Positions 37,054-44,222 of a stretch of DNA of 44,222 nucleotides are shown in pieces (position 1 is the stretch's first letter; every line of letters begins with the position of its first letter). The notes under the pieces were generated by a model. The model worked only from the letters and a program-made list of their open reading frames with translations. It had not been told where the DNA came from and did not search any database. The stretch comes from an uncultured Acetatifactor sp. (lineage in GTDB: Bacteria; Bacillota; Clostridia; Lachnospirales; Lachnospiraceae). A program made the translations under genes and the position numbers. Location of the stretch: contig CANRMK010000001.1 in the NCBI GenBank assembly GCA_947631715.1, positions 1 through 44,222 of the forward strand, written 5' to 3'.

Positions 37054-37975
37054 AGAAAAAAATTTTGTGTCCGCAGTGATATATGTACACAATGCGTCTT
37101 CACGGATACAGACATTTTTGGAAGCAATTGCAGATGTCCTGGAGGAAAATTTTGAGCACTCCGAGATCATCTGCGTCAATGATTATTCAACGGACGACAG
37201 CGTGAGGATCATCCGTGAGATCGGCGCAAAAACGTCCGTTGTCATTTCCGTATTGAACATGAGCTATTTTCATGGGGTGGAGATATCCATGACTGCCGGT
37301 GTAGATCTGGCTATCGGAGACTGGGTCTTTGAATTCGATAATACGACAGCTGATTATGACAAGCTGGAAATTATGCGTATTTACTGCAGGGCATTGGAAG
37401 GGTATGACATCGTCAGTGCTGCAGCGGACAGAAAACAGCGGTTCAGTTCCAAAGTGTTTTACCATACGTTTGGATTTTTTAGCGACATGCCGGGTGGAAT
37501 GAGAACGGAGAGCTTTCGTATCTTGAGCAGACGCGTTATCAACAGGATCACGGACATGAACCGGACCGTGTTTTATCGGAAGGCCGTATATGCAGGATGC
37601 GGGCTGAAGACAGACTTGATGCTCTACCGCCCCATAGGTCCGGGACAAGTGTCGGACAGGTCGGAAAAAAGGTATAGAACACGGCTTGCGATAGATACAC
37701 TGATCATATTTACTGATGTAGGGTATCGCTTTTCGCTTGTGATGACATTGACCATGATGCTGGCATCGGTCTTTGTGATCGTGTATACCGTGATTACATA
37801 TCTGAACAGAGAACCGGTGGAAGGCTGGACCACGACTATGCTTTTTCTTTCCGTGGCGTTTTTGGGGCTGTTTGGTATATTGACGATCATCGTCAAGTAC
37901 CTGCAGTTGATCTTACGCCTTGTTTTTCAGCGAAAAAAGTATAGCTTTGAGAGTATCGAAAAAATGTCTCAATAA
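37043..37975 (+). CDS. GtrB-like GT2 protein with two C-terminal TM helices (canonical DxD degenerate)
   Basis: VNDYSTD, EGYDIV, SFRILSRRVI, PVEGWTT; FEFDNT in place of DADLQ. Confidence 0.7.
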   Translation: MIYKEKNFVSAVIYVHNASSRIQTFLEAIADVLEENFEHSEIICVNDYSTDDSVRIIREIGAKTSVVISVLNMSYFHGVEISMTAGVDLAIGDWVFEFDNTTADYDKLEIMRIYCRALEGYDIVSAAADRKQRFSSKVFYHTFGFFSDMPGGMRTESFRILSRRVINRITDMNRTVFYRKAVYAGCGLKTDLMLYRPIGPGQVSDRSEKRYRTRLAIDTLIIFTDVGYRFSLVMTLTMMLASVFVIVYTVITYLNREPVEGWTTTMLFLSVAFLGLFGILTIIVKYLQLILRLVFQRKKYSFESIEKMSQ

Positions 37976-37994
37976 GACTGGGAGGATGATAAGA

Positions 37995-39815
37995 ATGGTT
38001 ATGATTTGTATGTTTTTTCCGGCAGTGATAATGTGTTTTGTCAGACATCGTCTATTTAAAAACGAGTATCGAACCTTGGCCGGTAATCTGAAGCATCTGG
38101 CGGTGGAGTATGCAGGAGGCAGTATCACGATCAATCTGCTGCTTTGGATCGGCATTCTCATAACGAATCATGAGAGGGGGAGCATTGTCAGAAAGCTGAC
38201 GGAATATAATGTTTTTGCCATTAAATATCTGCTGGCAGCGATCCTGCTTGCTGTAGCATTGCCTGTGGCAGAAAAGTATGTTAGGGAAAATGTTGTTTTT
38301 ACATTTGAAAAAGGAAAGAAAATACAGGTGAGGATTCCGGAGATTTCTGAACGGATGAAGAAGATGGCTGTGATCTGTTTTGCAATTGTAATGTTTGTGC
38401 TGCACTTTATCCGTATATTTGATAATAATTTTTGGGGAGATGAGGGAACAGCTGTCAGGGCGGCTCGAATGGCATGGGATGAAATGTTGAAGTATGTAGC
38501 AACATGTGGACATGCGCCGTTTTATTATGTATTGCTCTGGGTGTTTTACAGAATATTTGGTTATTCAGGTCCTCTGTGTCATCTTGTTTCGTTGCTTGCC
38601 TATGTATTTCTTTTGGCAGCAACGGTAACTGTTGTGCGTAAGTGGTTCGGGAACATAGCAGCTGCAATTTTTATCCTGCTGTCTTCTTGGCTGCCATATG
38701 CAGTGCGGTATAACGTTGAAGTAAGAATGTATTCCTGGTGCCAGATGTTTATCTTGCTGGCTTTTTTGACAGTATATCAAATATTCCGCAAAGCAAAAGG
38801 AGACCGCGTACCTTTTGGATACTATTTTAGTATGACGTTTTTCTCTCTGGGAGCATCTTACAGTCATTATTTTGCCATGGCAGCTATAGGAATTTTATAT
38901 TTTTCTTTGTTGATTTATATGATCAGGGGGAAAATGAAAGAAATTTGGAAAGTAATTCTGTCTGGCAGCATGGTAATCGCTGGATTGCTTCCGTGGGTTG
39001 TATTTTGTTACAGAACAAAGGGTGTGGTAATGACAAACTATGTGTTGGATAAAGTAGGATGGCGTGCATGTATTGAATTTATTTTTTCATCTAAGTACTC
39101 TATGCTGCTGTTCGTATTTTATTTTGTTACGCTTATATTGGCTATTAGCAGGGAAACAGGAATGCTTCGGATTGAAAAGCCGGACGGAGAGAAGACACGT
39201 GTTCGATTATGCACAGGAGTCGGTAATAATGCATCCTGGATGGATTCAATATGGATGATTACTGGCACTGTAGCTGTTCTGGGAACCATAGCGGCGGCTC
39301 AGATTCTATCGGATTTATTCTATCCGATTATTGTGCTGAGATATTTATACCCATGTTTGTGCATCATGTGGCTGCTCATGGGGGTCAATATTTCAAAATG
39401 CCGGTTGAAAAAATGGTATGCGGTCGCGTTGGCAGTTTTGATTTTGATATCCTGTTTTCCACAGTATGTCAAAACGGTACGAACAGAGAGAAAAGATGCA
39501 AAAAGGGTGGTCAATACTCTGGAAGCGTCTTCAGAGATAGATGAAAACAGCTGCATCATAACGGATGATAGTACTGTAAAATGGCAGTCCATATTGTATT
39601 ATCCTCAGGCATCGGTACAGTATATCACACCCTTGGATTTTTCGGAAATGGACATGGAACATGATAACTGGCTATTTTTGAAAGAACCTATAACAGATGA
39701 GATTACAGCACAACTGGAAGAGTCAAATTATGATGCGGAACTGATCGTGAAAAATGGTTATATCAACGCCGGTGGAGGTCTGTGGATCTATAGAATTTCG
39801 GAGGCGTCTCAATGA
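37995..39815 (+). CDS. GT-C (PMT/ArnT-like) membrane glycosyltransferase
   Basis: FWGDE, HAPFYY, EVRMYSW, YSHYF, LRYL; many TM helices; GGAGG at 37981-37985 (ORF open from 37920). Confidence 0.72.
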   Translation: MVMICMFFPAVIMCFVRHRLFKNEYRTLAGNLKHLAVEYAGGSITINLLLWIGILITNHERGSIVRKLTEYNVFAIKYLLAAILLAVALPVAEKYVRENVVFTFEKGKKIQVRIPEISERMKKMAVICFAIVMFVLHFIRIFDNNFWGDEGTAVRAARMAWDEMLKYVATCGHAPFYYVLLWVFYRIFGYSGPLCHLVSLLAYVFLLAATVTVVRKWFGNIAAAIFILLSSWLPYAVRYNVEVRMYSWCQMFILLAFLTVYQIFRKAKGDRVPFGYYFSMTFFSLGASYSHYFAMAAIGILYFSLLIYMIRGKMKEIWKVILSGSMVIAGLLPWVVFCYRTKGVVMTNYVLDKVGWRACIEFIFSSKYSMLLFVFYFVTLILAISRETGMLRIEKPDGEKTRVRLCTGVGNNASWMDSIWMITGTVAVLGTIAAAQILSDLFYPIIVLRYLYPCLCIMWLLMGVNISKCRLKKWYAVALAVLILISCFPQYVKTVRTERKDAKRVVNTLEASSEIDENSCIITDDSTVKWQSILYYPQASVQYITPLDFSEMDMEHDNWLFLKEPITDEITAQLEESNYDAELIVKNGYINAGGGLWIYRISEASQ

Positions 39816-40741
39816 AAGCTTTGGTAGGCTGTACGGGATTTGTAGGGAGCAATCTATATGATACCTGTATCTTTGACAGGGCATATAATTCCCAGAATAT
39901 AAGTGAGGCATATGGAACATCGCCGGAACTGCTGGTCTATGCCGGCATTAGGGCGGAAAAATATCTGGCGAATCGTTTCCCGGAAAATGACATGGATCAG
40001 ATCCGGCAGGCGGAAGAAAATATAAGCAGGATCGCGCCGAAAAAGCTGGTGCTGATATCGACAATTGACGTATTTGCAGACCCTCGAAACGTGGATGAGA
40101 ACGCGACGGTCGAAGCGACGGATCTTCAGCCCTATGGCTGTAATAGATATTATTTGGAGCAATGGGTCAGAGAATATTTTCCGGATGCATTGATCGTCAG
40201 ACTGCCGGGATTGTTCGGAAAAGGGTTAAAGAAAAATTTTATTTATGATCTGATTCACGTTATACCGTCGATGTTGAAAGAAGCAAAGATGAAAGAATTG
40301 GAGCAGAAAGCTCCGGAACTGAAGCAATACTATGCCCTGCAGAACAACGGATTTTATAAAGTGAGAGCATTGTCCGCAGAAGAAGAATATATATGCAGAG
40401 AAAAGTTCAGGACGCTAGGTTTTAATGCCATGAATTTCACTGACAGCAGGAGCTTTTTTCAATTCTATGACCTTAGCAGACTGTGGAGTGACATAGAAAA
40501 GTCACTGAAAGCAGGAGTAACACTCTTACATACTGCAACAGAGCCGGTTTCTGCAGGAGAACTGTATCGGTATCTTACGGGGAAAGAGTTTGTGAACAGG
40601 TTGGATGGTGTCCCGGCGTATTATGATTACAGGACGATACATACTGATATATTGGGCGGGAGAAATGGCTACATCTGTGACAGGGCAATAGTTCTAGAAG
40701 AGATAAAAAGCTTTATATGCGAGAGCGGGAGGCTGGTGTGA
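39812..40741 (+). CDS. NAD(P)-dependent epimerase/dehydratase-like protein
   Basis: ALVGCTGFVGSNL, LISTIDV, YGCNR, IVRLPGLFG. Confidence 0.8.
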   Translation: MKALVGCTGFVGSNLYDTCIFDRAYNSQNISEAYGTSPELLVYAGIRAEKYLANRFPENDMDQIRQAEENISRIAPKKLVLISTIDVFADPRNVDENATVEATDLQPYGCNRYYLEQWVREYFPDALIVRLPGLFGKGLKKNFIYDLIHVIPSMLKEAKMKELEQKAPELKQYYALQNNGFYKVRALSAEEEYICREKFRTLGFNAMNFTDSRSFFQFYDLSRLWSDIEKSLKAGVTLLHTATEPVSAGELYRYLTGKEFVNRLDGVPAYYDYRTIHTDILGGRNGYICDRAIVLEEIKSFICESGRLV

Positions 40742-41535
40742 AGATCTGTATTTCAAATATCGCATGGGATAAGACCTGGGATGACAGAGTTTACGGCGCA
40801 ATGAAAAAGAACGGATATTCCGGAGTAGAGATTGCCCCCACCAGAATATGGCCGGAAGAACCTTATGAGAAAAAGGAGTCTGCCAGGCAATGGAGTAAAG
40901 CATTAAAGGAAAACTGGGGATTCACGATTCCCTCCATGCAGTCAATATGGTATGGCAGACAAGAAAAATTATTTGGTCCAAATGATGACAGGAACTTTCT
41001 TTTGGAGCATACAAAAAAAGCGATTGATTTTGCAGTGGCGATTGGCAGCGGCAATCTTGTATTTGGCTGTCCGCATAACAGAAATCTGCCTGAGAATGCC
41101 GATCCGCAGATAGCGTTGGATTTTTTCAAGAAAATAGGAGATTATGCCGCCGAAAAGGGAACTGTGATTGGCATGGAGGCCAATCCTGTCATTTATGGCA
41201 CAAATTATGTGAACGATACGCCGTCAGCGATCCGCGTGGTCAACGAGGTCGATTCAAGGGGATTCCGGCTGAACTTGGATGTGGGCACAATGATCCAGAA
41301 TGAAGAGCCGATTTCCTGTTTAAAGGGAAATGTTCATTTGATCAGCCATGTACATATCAGTGAGCCTATGCTTCAGCCTATAGAGAACAGACATATTCAC
41401 CGGGAATTATTTTCACTCTTGATGAAAGAAAGGTATCAAGGCTATGTTTCGATAGAAATGCGAAAACAGGACGATTTTTCTGTTCTGCAAAATATATTGG
41501 AATATGTAAGGAATGTTTTTGATCCGGTAAAATAG
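40738..41535 (+). CDS. Sugar-phosphate isomerase/epimerase, xylose-isomerase-like TIM barrel
   Basis: ISNIAW, GVEIAP, LVFGCPHNR, MEANP, LDVG, HVHISEP, SIEM; GTG overlaps the upstream stop. Confidence 0.8.
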   Translation: MKICISNIAWDKTWDDRVYGAMKKNGYSGVEIAPTRIWPEEPYEKKESARQWSKALKENWGFTIPSMQSIWYGRQEKLFGPNDDRNFLLEHTKKAIDFAVAIGSGNLVFGCPHNRNLPENADPQIALDFFKKIGDYAAEKGTVIGMEANPVIYGTNYVNDTPSAIRVVNEVDSRGFRLNLDVGTMIQNEEPISCLKGNVHLISHVHISEPMLQPIENRHIHRELFSLLMKERYQGYVSIEMRKQDDFSVLQNILEYVRNVFDPVK

Positions 41536-41536
41536 C

Positions 41537-42364
41537 GTGAGGAGGTATACAGGGAACGAAATGGGGAAAAAAATCTTTCCTGAACAAAAAGGCGTGCCTA
41601 AATTTGAGTGTTGGGAATTTAAAGAAAAAATAAGGGATTATGCATTACTGATTCCTATCATTAATGAAGGTGACCGAATTATAAAGGAGCTGGAAAGGGC
41701 GAATCAGCATCATGTGGAGGAATACGCGGATATTGTTATTTGTGATGGCGGGTCTGATGATGGCTGTACGGATCCCAGCCGTTTGCAGGATCTAAAAGTG
41801 AATGCATTGTTAGTGAAACACGATCTGGGAAAGCAGGGAGCCCAACTGCGCATGGGGATATGGTGGGCTTTGCAACGCGGCTATAAAGGCATTTTGACAA
41901 TTGATGGCAATAATAAGGATAGCATAGAGGATGTGCCGCATTTCATTCGGAAGTTGGAAGAAGGGTATGATTATGTGCAGGGCTCAAGATTTATCCAAGG
42001 GGGAAAAGCAGTTAATACACCTTGGATCCGTATGCTCGCCCTGAGACTGCTCCATGCACCGATCATTTCATGGACGGCGCATCAGAGATTCACAGATACC
42101 ACAAATGCATTCAGAGGATATTCCGCAAGGTATCTGCAGGATCAAAAGGTACAACCCCTGCGTGATGTTTTTCAGACATATGAATTATTGGCCTATCTGT
42201 CTGTACGTGCGACCCAAATTGGGCTGAAAGCATGTGAGATCCCTGTAACGCGAGCCTATCCGAAAAATGAAAAGATCCCGACAAAAATAAGTTTTTTCAA
42301 AGGGAACTTTAATTTGTTGAGGATATTAATCAGGAATGCATGTGGAGAGTATCGACCAAGATAA
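41537..42364 (+). CDS. Polyprenol-phosphate glycosyltransferase (DPM1-like GT2)
   Basis: IPIINEG, CDGGSDDG, IDGNNKD, VQGSRF, DTTNAFRGYS, EIPVTRAYP. Confidence 0.82.
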   Translation: MRRYTGNEMGKKIFPEQKGVPKFECWEFKEKIRDYALLIPIINEGDRIIKELERANQHHVEEYADIVICDGGSDDGCTDPSRLQDLKVNALLVKHDLGKQGAQLRMGIWWALQRGYKGILTIDGNNKDSIEDVPHFIRKLEEGYDYVQGSRFIQGGKAVNTPWIRMLALRLLHAPIISWTAHQRFTDTTNAFRGYSARYLQDQKVQPLRDVFQTYELLAYLSVRATQIGLKACEIPVTRAYPKNEKIPTKISFFKGNFNLLRILIRNACGEYRPR

Positions 42365-42367
42365 AAC

Positions 42368-42424
42368 TTGTAACATTGAAGATCTTGTGAGTTCACAAAG
42401 GGCGATGCAGGGAAATTATTCTGG
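42368..42424 (+). pseudogene. 3' relic of the small HTH gene
   Basis: TGTAACATTGAAGATCTTGTGA...CACAAAGG.CGATGC.GGGAA aligns with 43868-43924; the downstream spacer is also homologous. Confidence 0.75.
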
Positions 42425-42497
42425 AGCAAATGCTCCGACAGTTCTTCTGGGGATAGCTTAGCGCAGAATGAAAAATTCCCCTTATCGCTTCTGAACA

Positions 42498-42737
42498 TCA
42501 GGTATCTTCTTCATTGACACTGATTCCGTGTTTTTCAAGAAGATGCTGGAGGCGGTCCCGCTCTGCGATGGCCTGGTCCCGCTCCAGAGTGGTCTTCCGG
42601 AGAAGCGCTTCCCGTCCGGCGGTGCGGCGGTAATAGTCCTCCCGGGCCTCGCACATCTGGCGGATCTTTTCGTCCAGAGAAAGATGCCATACGGCGACGG
42701 CGGCTTCCTGTAAATTGGAATCATCCTTTGCGAGCAT
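42498..42737 (-). CDS. Putative in-frame internal small protein (RpnS-like) of rpn copy 3, 79 aa
   Basis: GGAGG (42746-42750) 8 nt upstream of in-frame ATG 42737 (MLAKDDSNL). Confidence 0.55.
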   Translation of the reverse strand: MLAKDDSNLQEAAVAVWHLSLDEKIRQMCEAREDYYRRTAGREALLRKTTLERDQAIAERDRLQHLLEKHGISVNEEDT

Positions 42738-43454
42738 TTTCAATTCCTCCCATGTGCTGGCTTTGAAAAAGGCGGCCCAGCGGTCCAATCTATAGATACG
42801 GTCTTCCTCGTCTGCAAGATCTATCTGAGTTGAGTCTAACACAGACAGGCGGAGTTTGTCACTATATATTTTATGATTTTTAGTATTTGCCATATAATAG
42901 TCGGCAAAGAACTCAGGACTGTCCGGGAACAGCGTGAAGTTCAGCAGTCCGATCTGGATAGCGGGGCGGATATCCTCATATTCCTGGCCGCGGTTCAAGC
43001 TGTCAAAGGCCCGGCAGAGATAGCAGAGGGACCGTTCCGGCCAGTTGCCCTCGTTGACTACCTGCATTTCCAGATCGATGACGGCATGTTCGTTCAAGCT
43101 GACCTTGATATCCAGTATGTAGGTCTTGTCATCGATATATTCCCCTAGCTCGATGGGGTTGGAAATGATGACGGAGCTCACTTCGGTATCGTCAAGGTGC
43201 AGCAGAGAACAGATCAGGGCTCTTAGTACCCTGTTGTTCTGCTGCATCAGGGCGCGGAAGAGATAATCATTCGTCATGGGGATGGGCAGAGGGCCGTGGA
43301 CGCTGTCTAAAATGTCAGAGGAAACGGCGGGAACAGAAAGCTGAGAAGACAGAGAGGGCAGAGAAGACAAAGAAGACTGAGAAAACAGAGAAGACTGAGA
43401 AGACTGAGAAGACAGAGAAGATAGAGAAGATAGAGAGATATGCTTGTTGCTCAT
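42498..43454 (-). CDS. Rpn-family PD-(D/E)XK nuclease / putative transposase, copy 3
   Basis: MTNDYLF, ILDIK, IDLEMQV, ERSLCY; Ser-rich N-terminal repeat; SD AAAGGAG. Confidence 0.88.
   Translation of the reverse strand: MSNKHISLSSLSSLSSQSSQSSLFSQSSLSSLPSLSSQLSVPAVSSDILDSVHGPLPIPMTNDYLFRALMQQNNRVLRALICSLLHLDDTEVSSVIISNPIELGEYIDDKTYILDIKVSLNEHAVIDLEMQVVNEGNWPERSLCYLCRAFDSLNRGQEYEDIRPAIQIGLLNFTLFPDSPEFFADYYMANTKNHKIYSDKLRLSVLDSTQIDLADEEDRIYRLDRWAAFFKASTWEELKMLAKDDSNLQEAAVAVWHLSLDEKIRQMCEAREDYYRRTAGREALLRKTTLERDQAIAERDRLQHLLEKHGISVNEEDT
43341..43440 (-). repeat. 9-bp minisatellite (about 11 units) encoding S-S-L/S-S-Q tripeptides
   Basis: + strand GAGAAGAC(A/T) repeated; protein SLSSLSSLSSQSSQSSLFSQSSLSSLPSLSSQ. 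Confidence 0.85.
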
Positions 43455-43705
43455 GAGAACGACTCCTTTCAGAATGTGCAGATACAGCGGATGCCTTATT
43501 ATTTTGTAGATGGAAGCAGACAGATCGTAGATGGAGTGATGATAAAACTGGATATGTAAAACAGCTGCACAAGCAGTCTCGGGACAATTAGGTAGAACAG
43601 TCCTGGTGACTGCTTATAGTTCTTTTTAGGTAATACTGCAAAAACGGAATAACAGTGATGAAGTCAATGATTTGATGAATATTTATGAGCAAGGGCAGGA
43701 AATGT

Positions 43706-43924
43706 ATGATCAATTACAGTCCCTTTTGGGAGACCTTGAAAAATTCAGAAGAAACTACATACAGTCTGGTGAAGAAGCATGGAATCCCCAGCGCTACACT
43801 GGGCAAGCTGAGGCATAATAAGCCTGTGAATCTCACCTCGCTGAATGAACTATGCGGGATATTGAATTGTAATATTGAAGATCTTGTGACGATCACAAAG
43901 GACGATGCGGGGAAGTTCTTCTGA
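43706..43924 (+). CDS. Small Cro/C1-type HTH DNA-binding protein, copy 2
   Basis: Near-identical to 33247-33465 (D to G in ATLGKL, E to G near the C-terminus); alternative start at 43685. Confidence 0.82.
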   Translation: MINYSPFWETLKNSEETTYSLVKKHGIPSATLGKLRHNKPVNLTSLNELCGILNCNIEDLVTITKDDAGKFF

Positions 43925-43997
43925 AGCAGATTGCTCCGACAGTTCTTCTGGGGATTGCTGGCACAGACTTGAAAATCCTCCTATCGCTTTCACAATC

Positions 43998-44222
43998 TCA
44001 GGTATTTTCCTCGTTGACATTGATCCCGTGTTTTTCAAGAAGGTGCCGGAGGCGGTCCAGCTCTGAGATGGCCTGATCCCGCTCCGAAGTGGTCTTCCGG
44101 AGCAGCGCCTCCCGTCCGGCGGTGCGGCGGTAATAGTCCTCCCGGGCCTCGCACATCTGTCGGATCTTTTCGTCCAGAGAAAGATGCCATACGGCGACAG
44201 CGGCTTCCTGTAAATTGGAATC
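43998..44222 (-). CDS. Rpn-family nuclease copy 4, 3' end only (runs off the window)
   Basis: DSNLQEAAVAVWHLSLDEKIRQMCEAREDYYRRTAG...HGINVNEENT*, near-identical to the copy 3 C-terminus and exactly 1500 bp downstream of it. Confidence 0.85.
   Translation of the reverse strand, partial: DSNLQEAAVAVWHLSLDEKIRQMCEAREDYYRRTAGREALLRKTTSERDQAISELDRLRHLLEKHGINVNEENT

Noticed and set aside
1-44222. Invertible promoters, integrase, tRNA/rRNA genes or a diversity-generating retroelement
   Set aside because: No site-specific recombinase, reverse transcriptase, long inverted-repeat pair or structural RNA gene recognised; repeat mismatches are not adenine-specific

Overview
The window is a surface-glycan biosynthesis locus of about 40 genes from a Firmicute, probably Clostridia/Lachnospiraceae-like (inferred from gene content only). 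It is almost entirely on the + strand. It opens with a GC-rich class B sortase, an LCP glycan ligase, a small SPKTG-sorted surface protein and a priming glycosyltransferase. A lower-GC block follows: glycosyltransferases, a TagF-like transferase, a Wzy-like polymerase, two Wzx flippases, and a ulosonic-acid-type module (three KdsB/NeuA-like cytidylyltransferases, a DRE-TIM aldolase, a KdsC-like phosphatase, no kdsA). Next comes a phosphonate module (nucleotidyltransferase-cytidylyltransferase-PepM fusion, Fe-ADH, Ppd; predicted product 2-hydroxyethylphosphonate) and a polyprenyl-phosphate sugar/GT-C cassette. Four minus-strand Rpn-family PD-(D/E)XK genes are interspersed, three paired tail-to-tail with a small HTH gene or its relic. 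The most notable non-annotated signals are: (i) a conserved in-frame internal SD+ATG in every complete rpn copy, resembling an RpnS intragenic antitoxin, with variable heptad tails; (ii) G7 tracts in 3' gene tails where only the current length keeps the stop codon coupled to the next start codon; (iii) two adjacent genes frameshifted in G6/C8 tracts; (iv) overlapping pairs of direct repeats that could excise pepM-adh or the HTH-rpn module. All functional calls come from motif recognition by eye; no database search was run.
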